The notes below the pieces were generated by a model. The model did no database searches and was not told the DNA's origin. It saw nothing but the letters and a program-made list of their open reading frames with translations. Made by a program: the position numbers and the translations under genes. Of a stretch of 64,000 nucleotides of DNA, positions 10,472 to 17,859 are shown piece after piece. The stretch covers positions 8,401 through 72,400 of the forward strand of contig CAYYDR010000002.1 in assembly GCA_964470695.1 (NCBI GenBank). Reading direction: 5' to 3'. Each line of letters begins with the position of its first letter. Positions within the stretch are counted from its first letter, which is position 1. Source of the stretch: an uncultured Gammaproteobacteria bacterium (GTDB lineage: Bacteria > Patescibacteriota > Patescibacteriia > Patescibacteriales > UBA12465).

Positions 10472-11074
10472 TTATTCAATAACCTGGATCTTAGCGGTCT
10501 TAACTCCAAAGTGGACAGCATCATGTCTTTCTTTCATCCAGACATCAACGCGGTTAGGGTGTTTCTTATTCATTCGGTCTCTAACTATGAAGACGCGATC
10601 GCCAAACAGCTCGGGGATTTGGACCTTGGTTCCAAATTTTAAAAAGTTGGCTGCGATAGTATCTTCCTCGCCGTGGTCGCAGACATTAAATCCGTTAGCA
10701 GTGGTACAAGGATCATCGTCAGTTTGGGCGGCCTCAGAGTTATAGGCAGTTATGACATGTACGCTGGTTTTTAGAACTTTAGAGGCGGGGGCAACTGGAA
10801 GGACGCGTCTACCGGTTTCAGTTTTACTATTAGGTGAAGACAAGTCAGAAGTCTGTTGGGAAATAGTCTCATCCATGTCCGAGTTTTTGATTAGGGAATC
10901 ATTGATGATAAGGTCTTGTTCGCTAGCCTTTGCCTGGCTAACCGCTTCGTCGGCTAAGGCCGGTGTGTAGAATAGGACAAATTGGAAGAAACAGGCAATA
11001 ATTATCAATAAAATTAGCTGGTGGCGGCTACTGAGAGGCACAATTTCCTCCTTTATAATCTGGAGCATTTTCAT
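10472..11074 (-). CDS. 3D-domain protein (MltA/RlpA-like double-psi beta-barrel; putative peptidoglycan-lytic)
   Basis: 200 aa. N-terminal TM/signal anchor, low-complexity linker, then a C-terminal segment whose spacing of conserved Asp residues matches 3D domains of YabE/YocH-type wall hydrolases: ITAYNSEAAQTDDDPCTTANG...DTIAANFLKFGTKVQIPELFGDRVFIVRDRMNKKHPNRVDVWM. Confidence 0.65.
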   Translation of the reverse strand: MKMLQIIKEEIVPLSSRHQLILLIIIACFFQFVLFYTPALADEAVSQAKASEQDLIINDSLIKNSDMDETISQQTSDLSSPNSKTETGRRVLPVAPASKVLKTSVHVITAYNSEAAQTDDDPCTTANGFNVCDHGEEDTIAANFLKFGTKVQIPELFGDRVFIVRDRMNKKHPNRVDVWMKERHDAVHFGVKTAKIQVIE

Positions 11075-11207
11075 ATTTTATTTAATATTAGCTAGATTAA
11101 AAAACCCCTACTTTATCATGAGCATGATAGTTAAGCAGGGATTTTCTTAACTGCTAAGTGTAGCATGGGTTAGCTAAAAAGTCAATGTATAAGTTGTGGA
11201 TAATCTA

Positions 11208-11236
11208 TTGACGTATTTTGTTAATTATGATATTAT
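11208..11236 (+). promoter_or_regulatory. sigma70-like promoter for the lipoprotein gene
   Basis: TTGACG, 17-nt spacer, TATTAT, about 100 nt upstream of the ATG at 11336. The AT-rich background makes such matches common. Confidence 0.4.
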
Positions 11237-11335
11237 GAGATGATAGTTAAATAGAAAAAATCGCTTAAAAAGACTATTTTTGTTCGTTTAAAACGGAATT
11301 CAATAACTTATAATAAAGGAAGGAAGGGTAGAAGG

Positions 11336-12094
11336 ATGAAAAACACAATTTTTTCATTGTTTTTGTTAATTATCGCCATTATTTTTTCTGGCTGCGCCGA
11401 AACAGCTACTATCTCTTTGGGAGGTAAGACTACCGAAGAAATCGCGGCTTCCCAGAAATTATTTTGGGAACAGATTGATCAGTATAAAGAAAATATTGCC
11501 AATTTAGAAAGTAATAATAACGCTTTGGCAGCCAAAATGTCAGTCTCGGGTCTATCAAAGGAAGTAGCGGTAAAATATTCTGAGCAGATTAAGGCTAACG
11601 AATTGTTGATTATAAAGTATCGTAGTCGTATTCTTAATTTGGAGGATATGGTTGACGACTTTACAGTTCGAAGCGCTGGTAGTGATCAGCAGAAGTATAT
11701 TCATCTTAATGGACGTGATGTTAAAAAAACATCTGAAGCCTACATGATGATAGAATATGCCGAGAACGCCGGAAGGAAAGCTATCAATAATGCGGACCAG
11801 TTGGGACTTAATAGTGCGGCTGGACTTCAGGGTATTTTGGAGAACAATCGCAACGACGAAGTAATAGCCACTACTACTGGTCCTGGAGGGTTTTTAATTG
11901 AATTCAAGATTGGCCGAAAGAGCAAAAGCCAGACATTTCAATTGCCATGTATGGGCGAATTCACAACGACTTTTGTATCGTGTGAAAATGCACTGGACAG
12001 GGAAAGTATAAAAAAAGTGGTGGCGCCTGGCGTGACTTATTACGACGGCACTACCCCGTATGCCTACAAGGCAACGGCGATTAGAAAAAACTAA
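11336..12094 (+). CDS. lipoprotein of unknown function
   Basis: 252 aa. Signal peptide ending in the lipobox-like IFSGC. AGGAAGG Shine-Dalgarno upstream. No recognisable domain. Confidence 0.55.
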   Translation: MKNTIFSLFLLIIAIIFSGCAETATISLGGKTTEEIAASQKLFWEQIDQYKENIANLESNNNALAAKMSVSGLSKEVAVKYSEQIKANELLIIKYRSRILNLEDMVDDFTVRSAGSDQQKYIHLNGRDVKKTSEAYMMIEYAENAGRKAINNADQLGLNSAAGLQGILENNRNDEVIATTTGPGGFLIEFKIGRKSKSQTFQLPCMGEFTTTFVSCENALDRESIKKVVAPGVTYYDGTTPYAYKATAIRKN

Positions 12095-12102
12095 TTGATA
12101 CA

Positions 12103-12132
12103 AAAAGGGGAAGTCTTTAAACTTCCCCTTTT
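12103..12132. terminator. bidirectional terminator
   Basis: AAAAGGGGAAGT-ctttaa-ACTTCCCCTTTT: perfect 12-bp stem between convergent genes. Confidence 0.75.
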
Positions 12133-12152
12133 ATAATATCTTTTGTTAATAT

Positions 12153-12554
12153 CTATACCGCCCCCATTGATCCACCCGTTCCGCTAAAAGGCAGGTATTT
12201 AAAGACAAAATAAGTTATCCCCCAGGCCGCTAGGACTATGATTAGTCCGATTAAAGCGGTTTTTATTGTGCTTTGCGCTTCCTTAACCATTTCTTCATTG
12301 CCCTGCGATGTCATCCAGCGGAAGCCTGATAAGACGATAAGAACTACAAATATCACCGCTAGAAGGCTCAGAGAGGCCTTGATCACATTAGCGACAATAT
12401 CACCAATACTAACTTGGGTGAAGCCCGCCTCTTGTTTTACTTCGCTGGCAAAACTGCTGGCCGTGTCCGTATTGATTAGACCCTGGGCATAGACGGTAGA
12501 AATGGTTGAAGCAAGCATGGCGATAGAAAAAATAGTAGCTAATATTTTTTTCAT
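12153..12554 (-). CDS. VirB2/TrbC-like small pilin-family protein, array copy A6 (last in operon)
   Basis: 133 aa. Signal peptide (..TVYA|QG), variable exposed segment, two TM helices joined by the conserved core SGFRWMTSQGNEEMVKEAQSTIKTALIGLIIVLAAWG. Confidence 0.7.
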   Translation of the reverse strand: MKKILATIFSIAMLASTISTVYAQGLINTDTASSFASEVKQEAGFTQVSIGDIVANVIKASLSLLAVIFVVLIVLSGFRWMTSQGNEEMVKEAQSTIKTALIGLIIVLAAWGITYFVFKYLPFSGTGGSMGAV

Positions 12555-12564
12555 ATTTTTATTT

Positions 12565-12951
12565 TTAACCCAGGATAAATCTATCTAAAATAAAGGTCCA
12601 AATAGCCCAGGCTGATAAGGTTACGATTAATCCGATGATCGCTCGTTTTATATAGTTTTTGGCTTTAGTAACTTTTTCTTCGCTGCCCTCTGCTATCATC
12701 CATTCGTATCCACCTAGGATAATCAAAATTATAAAGACAGCACCCAAGAGACTAAAGGCGGCGCGGATGATGGTGCCGACTATGATAGGTAGGGATGATT
12801 GCTCGTATCCGCCAGTTTCAGCTACTGCTTTTAACATTCCTAAAGATGAGCTAGCTTCTGAGACGCCAGTTTGCGCGAAAACAAAATAGGGAAGAATTAA
12901 GATAGCAATGAGAAAGAATAAAGATAGGATGGGCCGTAAATGTTTTTTCAT
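12565..12951 (-). CDS. VirB2/TrbC-like small pilin-family protein, array copy A5
   Basis: 128 aa. Signal peptide (..FVFA|QT). Core GGYEWMIAEGSEEKVTKAKNYIKRAIIGLIVTLSAWA. 10-nt gap to A6. Confidence 0.7.
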   Translation of the reverse strand: MKKHLRPILSLFFLIAILILPYFVFAQTGVSEASSSLGMLKAVAETGGYEQSSLPIIVGTIIRAAFSLLGAVFIILIILGGYEWMIAEGSEEKVTKAKNYIKRAIIGLIVTLSAWAIWTFILDRFILG

Positions 12952-12962
12952 AATATTTTTAT

Positions 12963-13328
12963 TTATTTTCCGCCAAGAATTTTAACAAAGAAGTAGGTCA
13001 GAGCGTAGGCGCCGACGACAACTATTAAACCGATAATCGCTTCTTTAATGGTTTCTTTACCTCTTTCAACATTTTGTTCGTTGCCGCCTGCCATCATCCA
13101 GTTTATTCCGCCGTATATAACAAGGAGAAGAAAAATGGTTCCGAGAATTGATAAAATAATAAAAATAACATCGCTTAAAGCCCCAGTCACAGTAACATTG
13201 GGGTTATAGGCTTTACCCGCTGTTTTAAGAGGAGAATTGAAAGCATCGCTTAAGTTCTGCCCGGCTTGAGCGGATTTTGTGTATGATAGAGAAAGTAGTC
13301 CTGATAGATAATATATTATCTTTTTCAT
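12963..13328 (-). CDS. VirB2/TrbC-like small pilin-family protein, array copy A4
   Basis: 121 aa. Signal peptide (..KSAQA, cleavage position ambiguous). Core GGINWMMAGGNEQNVERGKETIKEAIIGLIVVVGAYA. Confidence 0.7.
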   Translation of the reverse strand: MKKIIYYLSGLLSLSYTKSAQAGQNLSDAFNSPLKTAGKAYNPNVTVTGALSDVIFIILSILGTIFLLLVIYGGINWMMAGGNEQNVERGKETIKEAIIGLIVVVGAYALTYFFVKILGGK

Positions 13329-13337
13329 AGATAATAA

Positions 13338-13736
13338 TTAAGTTAAAGCTTTATTACTGAAATATTCAATCACGAAGTAGCTGATAGCATAAGCCGCCAT
13401 AACTATTATAAAGCCAATAATTCCGGCCGTAATAATATTTTTAGCCGTGTCTACCTTAGATTCATTGCCGCTTGCTAGCATCCAGGTTATTCCTCCGTAT
13501 ATCATTAACCCTAGAAAGACCACTCCTAAGAAGGTTAGGAGCTGCCTAACAACAGTGCTCGCTACGCTTTCAGGAGTTAAGCCTTTAAGGTAATCACTGT
13601 ACCCGGCCTGGTTAGCGGTCGCATCAAGGCCGCTTTCTTTTTTAAAATCATAAGATTGAGCCAGGGCGACACTGCATAACATCAGGAACGCGATAACTGA
13701 AGTAAATAGTATTGTTTTTAGTTTATTGCTGGTCAT
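13338..13736 (-). CDS. VirB2/TrbC-like small pilin-family protein, array copy A3
   Basis: 132 aa. Signal peptide (..VALA|QS). Core GGITWMLASGNESKVDTAKNIITAGIIGFIIVMAAYA. Its start overlaps the A2 stop (ATGA). Confidence 0.7.
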   Translation of the reverse strand: MTSNKLKTILFTSVIAFLMLCSVALAQSYDFKKESGLDATANQAGYSDYLKGLTPESVASTVVRQLLTFLGVVFLGLMIYGGITWMLASGNESKVDTAKNIITAGIIGFIIVMAAYAISYFVIEYFSNKALT

Positions 13737-14137
13737 TGTTGTGCGAATTTACTGCCCAGAAATACCGTTATAGCATAAGCGGCGAAAACAATTATTATAC
13801 CTATAGTAGCATTAACTAGGAGGTTCTTTGATTGGCTTATTTGCTGGTCATTACCGGCGGCTGTCATCCAGAGTATGCCAGCATAAATCATTAAGCCGAA
13901 GAAGAGGACGCCAATAAATGATAAGACTAGGCCGATGACCTGGCCAGTTTTCGTTGATATAAAATTTTTGTATTCGGAATCTGGTTTGGCGACCTGAGCT
14001 TTAAAGGCTTGTACCTTGCTGGCGGACAGGTCTAGCCCGCCGACTGTCTGGCTTATGTCCTGGGCTTGGGCGGCAAAAGAAAAGAAAGCTGACAAGCCGA
14101 CTAAAATCAAGCAAAATGATAATATTTTCTTTTTCAT
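13733..14137 (-). CDS. VirB2/TrbC-like small pilin-family protein, array copy A2
   Basis: 134 aa. Signal peptide (..AAQA|QD). Core AGILWMTAAGNDQQISQSKNLLVNATIGIIIVFAAYA. Confidence 0.7.
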   Translation of the reverse strand: MKKKILSFCLILVGLSAFFSFAAQAQDISQTVGGLDLSASKVQAFKAQVAKPDSEYKNFISTKTGQVIGLVLSFIGVLFFGLMIYAGILWMTAAGNDQQISQSKNLLVNATIGIIIVFAAYAITVFLGSKFAQQ

Positions 14138-14153
14138 ATTAAGAAATATTTAT

Positions 14154-14196
14154 TTACTGCTTTAAATACGAAATATATTCCTATTTAAAGCAGTAA
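14154..14196 (-). promoter_or_regulatory. 15-bp perfect inverted repeat between array genes A1 and A2 (candidate intra-operon attenuator/partial terminator)
   Basis: TTACTGCTTTAAATA (14154-14168) and TATTTAAAGCAGTAA (14182-14196) with a 13-nt loop. A second short GC hairpin (CCCTCAT/ATGGGGG on the minus strand) lies just upstream at about 14197-14216. Confidence 0.4.
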
Positions 14197-14229
14197 CCCC
14201 CATTCTCCATGAGGGCTACTATTTCCCCT

Positions 14230-14607
14230 TTAAGTTAAAGTATTGTTAAGGGTGTCAATAACGTAGAAGGCAATACCCCAAGAAGCCAAGATGATTATTA
14301 AGCCGATTACACCAGCGCCTAATAATTTTTTAGCTTCGCCAGTCTTTTCTTCATTACCGCCAGCTGTCATCCATTTGAAACCGCCTAATAAGATGATGCC
14401 GACTGCGATAACGCCCAAGAAGCCCAAGGCTAGGTTTATTACCTTGCCGATAATAGTTCTTGGATCGGTGTTAGTCAAAGTGCCGTTTAGGCCAGTGCTA
14501 ACTTTGTCTGTACCGAATAGATCGTTACTTTGAGCCATGGTTACGGCTGGGATAACTAATAAGGAAATAATCGCCAAAGAAATTAAATGCTTAGAAATTT
14601 TTTTCAT
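14230..14607 (-). CDS. VirB2/TrbC-like small pilin-family protein, array copy A1 (promoter-proximal; candidate major subunit)
   Basis: 125 aa. Signal peptide (..VTMA|QS). Core GGFKWMTAGGNEEKTGEAKKLLGAGVIGLIIILASWG. It is the only array gene with a strong SD (GAAAGGTGGTGAAAT-ATG). Confidence 0.72.
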   Translation of the reverse strand: MKKISKHLISLAIISLLVIPAVTMAQSNDLFGTDKVSTGLNGTLTNTDPRTIIGKVINLALGFLGVIAVGIILLGGFKWMTAGGNEEKTGEAKKLLGAGVIGLIIILASWGIAFYVIDTLNNTLT

Positions 14608-14655
14608 ATTTCACCACCTTTCTAGTTTTTATGATTTTTAAATTTTATATCTTTA

Positions 14656-14706
14656 ATTTTAGCACATTATTTTAAACAAGACAAATAAAATTGGCTGTGC
14701 TAAAAT
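14656..14706. promoter_or_regulatory. 11-bp perfect inverted repeat in the divergent promoter region (candidate operator)
   Basis: ATTTTAGCACA (14656-14666) and TGTGCTAAAAT (14696-14706), 29 bp apart. It lies between the pilin-array start and the divergent 533-aa membrane protein gene. Confidence 0.3.
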
Positions 14707-14738
14707 AGCTATAGAATCGCCTATATTAGCTAGTTTTT

Positions 14739-16340
14739 ATGCTTAATTTTTTTAAAAAAGTCAATTTCAGCCATTGTTTTTGGTTTTTATTTTATTTTTT
14801 TATTTTTTGTCTCTTATTGCGTAACTCCTACAATTATTTAGACCCGGACTTCGGCTGGCATTTACAAGTCGGTCAGGAAATAGCCCTGAACCACATCGTT
14901 CCCGACCTTAATCATTATAATTATCCGTATACTGGTTCTTGGGTAGATCATGAGTGGTTAGCAAACTATTTGCTATATTTAGGTTTTCAAGAGGGCGGGT
15001 ATTTATTAGTTTCTTTATTTTTTGCCCTTTTAATAGTGATTATATTAGTTTTACTCCATCTCTGGGCGCGTAGAACCTGGCCGGATATACCGACAGGACT
15101 GGTAGTTTTTTTTCAGTCTCTAGGAGTAGCGGCCTCTTTGCCGCACTTCGGCGTTCGCATCCAAGAAATAAGCTTATTGTTTCTGCTACTGACATTACTG
15201 ATTATTGATAATTATAATCGTAACAGAAATTGGCGAGTTTTATGGTTTCTGCCGCCGCTATTTTTTATTTGGTCGTGTTCTCATGCCGGATTTTTAATGG
15301 GCTTATTTATCTTAGGCGCTTGGCTAGGCATTAAAGTCGGCGAGCGATTGCTGGCTAGGTTTTGGCCAAGAATAAAAATAGATTTTTCTCGTTTATTATC
15401 TAAAAAAGACGGTCTGTTATTTGCTGTCGTTGCCGTCGTCGCTTTTCTGGTTACTTTGTTAACCCCGTATCGCTTGGAACTGTATTCTTTCTTGAGCGGG
15501 TATGGCAATATCTTTTACCAATCGCATATTCAGGAGTGGCTCCCCCAATCCTCATTCCCCTTTAATTATTGGCAGCTTTTTTATTTGAGTTTAGTGGTAG
15601 GATTGTTTGGTTTGTATGTATATGAGGTATTTAAAGGTCCTAAATTTTCTAAATTAGATCTCTGGCAGGCGTTCTTAGTCGTTTTGTTCGTGGCCCTAAG
15701 TTTTAAATCGCGCCGTCATTTTCCCTTGATGTTCGTGGCGACCTTTGTCGGGCTTCTTCAAGCTTGGCGCCATATTTTTTATGATTTAAAAGTCCCTAGT
15801 CGGATTTGGGGAAACTATTGGCTGAGAGCTTATTTAGTTTTTTGTATTTGTCTGGTAGGCATCTTTCAGCTAATCCAGACCAGATTTACAACCAACCCGG
15901 CCCAAGCCTTTTGCGGAGAGTATCCCTGTGGGGCGGTTAAGTTCCTGCAAGCTAATCAGGTATACCGCAGCCTTAATATATTTAATAATTATGGCTGGGG
16001 CGGATATTTAATTTGGCAGCTTCCTGGCTGGCCGTTATTTATTGATGGCCGTATTCCCCAGACAGTTCTGACACATCAGACATATTTAGAAGAGTATTAT
16101 GAATTTTTTACCACCGATGATAATATTGCCAAGAAATTAAATCAGTACGACATAAAATTAGCTTTAATTCCGGCTGTTTATAAATCTATAGAAGCTAAAA
16201 ATTGGGAAAAAATATTTTTTATGATTAGGGATGAAGAATTAAGGCCTAACACAGCCTTGAGAGATTATTTCTATAAAACAAAAGATTGGGAATTAATTTA
16301 TAACGACGGTTCGGCGTTATTATTCAAACGAATTTATTAA
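14739..16340 (+). CDS. large polytopic membrane protein, GT-C-like (putative polyprenyl-phosphate-sugar-dependent glycosyltransferase)
   Basis: 533 aa. At least 10 hydrophobic helices followed by a soluble C-terminal domain of about 130 aa. A GT2 gene follows 3 nt later, the usual GT-C/GT2 pairing. No diagnostic motif recognised with certainty. Confidence 0.35.
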   Translation: MLNFFKKVNFSHCFWFLFYFFIFCLLLRNSYNYLDPDFGWHLQVGQEIALNHIVPDLNHYNYPYTGSWVDHEWLANYLLYLGFQEGGYLLVSLFFALLIVIILVLLHLWARRTWPDIPTGLVVFFQSLGVAASLPHFGVRIQEISLLFLLLTLLIIDNYNRNRNWRVLWFLPPLFFIWSCSHAGFLMGLFILGAWLGIKVGERLLARFWPRIKIDFSRLLSKKDGLLFAVVAVVAFLVTLLTPYRLELYSFLSGYGNIFYQSHIQEWLPQSSFPFNYWQLFYLSLVVGLFGLYVYEVFKGPKFSKLDLWQAFLVVLFVALSFKSRRHFPLMFVATFVGLLQAWRHIFYDLKVPSRIWGNYWLRAYLVFCICLVGIFQLIQTRFTTNPAQAFCGEYPCGAVKFLQANQVYRSLNIFNNYGWGGYLIWQLPGWPLFIDGRIPQTVLTHQTYLEEYYEFFTTDDNIAKKLNQYDIKLALIPAVYKSIEAKNWEKIFFMIRDEELRPNTALRDYFYKTKDWELIYNDGSALLFKRIY

Positions 16341-16342
16341 AT

Positions 16343-17089
16343 ATGTTAGTAGATTTTTGTTTGCCGGTAAAAAATGAAGAGAAAATTTTACGCCATAGCC
16401 TGGATAGATTGTTAGAGTATTGCCGGCTGGCAAAATTTAGATTTTCTTGGCATATTGTCGGCGTAATAAATGGTTCCGACGATAGCTCATTAGATATTTT
16501 TAAGGAATACGCGAATCGTTATCCCGATGAGATTAGCTGGTTTGAAGTTAAAGAAGCAGGCCGCGGCGGAGCGTTAAAAAAGTATTGGTCCCTCAGCCAG
16601 GCCGACATTCTTTCTTATATGGATTCTGATTTGGCCGTTTCTCTGGATAACATTCCCGCCTTAATTCGCCCTATTTTAGATGGTGAAAGCGATTTAGTAA
16701 TCGGTTCTCGTCTACTGGCGGGAGCGGAGTTAAAACGATCTTTAGGGCGTGAAATTATTTCTCGGGCCTATATTTTTATTTCCCGCCTATTGCTGCAAGA
16801 GCGGGTTTCTGATTATCAGTGCGGATTTAAGGCCTTACGCCGCGACACTTTTAATAAATTAAAACCTTTTCTTCAAGATAACTATTGGTTTTTTGATACA
16901 GAGTTAATTGTTTTAGCTAAACGTTTAAACTACCGAGTTCAAGAAATCCCTACTAATTGGCAAGAAGCTCGTTATGGTCGGAGGCCCACAACAGTTAAGT
17001 TAGTACGAGATAGCTTAATTTTTATGAAGAATCTGTGGTTTTTCAGACAGCGTTTAAAGCACGTTATAAAATATCCTGATAATGTTTAA
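16343..17089 (+). CDS. family-2 glycosyltransferase (polyprenol-phosphate sugar synthase, DPM1/GtrB-like)
   Basis: 248 aa. GT-A features: N-terminal CLPVKNEE, DxD-type YMDSDLA, and a C-terminal FFDTEL segment. Confidence 0.7.
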   Translation: MLVDFCLPVKNEEKILRHSLDRLLEYCRLAKFRFSWHIVGVINGSDDSSLDIFKEYANRYPDEISWFEVKEAGRGGALKKYWSLSQADILSYMDSDLAVSLDNIPALIRPILDGESDLVIGSRLLAGAELKRSLGREIISRAYIFISRLLLQERVSDYQCGFKALRRDTFNKLKPFLQDNYWFFDTELIVLAKRLNYRVQEIPTNWQEARYGRRPTTVKLVRDSLIFMKNLWFFRQRLKHVIKYPDNV

Positions 17090-17423
17090 AGCGTACTAAT
17101 TTAGTTGATTGGTTGATTAAAATTACTAGCATATCCAAATGAGCCGCATCTAGGTTGATGCGGTTTTTTGCGCAGTAGGCGCTTATTCCTTTTCTAAGGT
17201 TGCTAATTTGTTGTTTAGTAATCAGAGTGTCACGGAAAAAATCGGTCGCCTTGTTTCTCGTTTTAATTTCCCAGAAAATAATTTGCCCAGGTTTTTTAGA
17301 AATTAGATCAAATTCAAAACGTCCTATCCTGTAATTCTTGGCAATTATTTTATAATCATGGCGTTTTAAATAGTCCGCGGCCAATTGTTCTCCGTAGCCA
17401 CCTAATATTTTATGATTAGTCAT
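17064..17423 (-). CDS. yraN: YraN-family endonuclease (UPF0102)
   Basis: 119 aa. GGYGEQLAADYLKRHDYKIIAKNYRIGRFEFDLI matches the UPF0102 pattern. Confidence 0.75.
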   Translation of the reverse strand: MTNHKILGGYGEQLAADYLKRHDYKIIAKNYRIGRFEFDLISKKPGQIIFWEIKTRNKATDFFRDTLITKQQISNLRKGISAYCAKNRINLDAAHLDMLVILINQSTKLVRFKHYQDIL

Positions 17424-17425
17424 AT

Positions 17426-17453
17426 AAAAAGCCCCTTGAAAAAGGGGCTTTAT
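17426..17453. terminator. hairpin terminator
   Basis: AAAAGCCCCTT-gaaa-AAGGGGCTTT. Confidence 0.65.
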
Positions 17454-17474
17454 TCTAATATGTAATAGATTTGG

Positions 17475-17858
17475 TTAGGGGATATATTTTTTTAGCTCCT
17501 TTTCATGCTCTATCTGCTTCTTTTTAGCGGGGATAGATTTAAGATCTTTCAAGATGCAGGCTAGCCAGATAATCATTAATATCGCCCATAACCCTAGCCA
17601 AAAGCGAGCTGAGAAGAAAGGCACTGTTTCGTAGTTAAAAAATAATATTATTACGCCCAGGATAGTGTTAGCTAGAAAAAAAGAATATAGGCGCTTTAAT
17701 AAGCCTCGGTATAGGCTATTTTTCATTTTTAGCCAAGCGGTAACAATAGCTAGGACGGCTAGCAATATTAGAAAGCCAACTAACATTTTATAGGCGGATG
17801 GGACTAGTGGCTCTGGTCTCAGGTTAAACCAATAACTCAGAGTAATTAGATTTTTCAT
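17475..17858 (-). CDS. small membrane protein, unknown function
   Basis: 127 aa with 3-4 hydrophobic helices and a basic C-terminal tail. Confidence 0.5.
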   Translation of the reverse strand: MKNLITLSYWFNLRPEPLVPSAYKMLVGFLILLAVLAIVTAWLKMKNSLYRGLLKRLYSFFLANTILGVIILFFNYETVPFFSARFWLGLWAILMIIWLACILKDLKSIPAKKKQIEHEKELKKYIP

Positions 17859-17859
17859 A

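Noticed and set aside
10437-10970. Plus-strand ORFs 10437-10745, 10454-10642 and 10752-10970
   Set aside because: They are antisense to the 3D-domain gene, whose C-terminal domain has recognisable family features. The first also begins inside the ppsA terminator.
11195-11203. Perfect DnaA-box 9-mers (TGTGGATAA at 11195-11203; TTATCCACA at 39456-39464) as evidence for oriC
   Set aside because: About 0.5 perfect matches are expected by chance in 64 kb on two strands. The two boxes are 28 kb apart, are not clustered with further boxes or an AT-rich unwinding element, and no dnaA or dnaN gene is nearby.
12238-12492. Track ORFs antisense to the pilin-family genes (12238-12492, 12659-12889, 14291-14533, 19173-19439)
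   Set aside because: Each lies entirely inside a better-supported gene on the opposite strand, one with a conserved paralog alignment and a signal peptide. Their products are low-complexity mirror images with no start context.
13733-13736. Alternative genetic code (UGA recoding, as in some CPR lineages)
   Set aside because: ATGA start/stop overlaps at 13733-13736 and 49760-49763 use TGA as a functional stop. All conserved genes are full length under the standard code.
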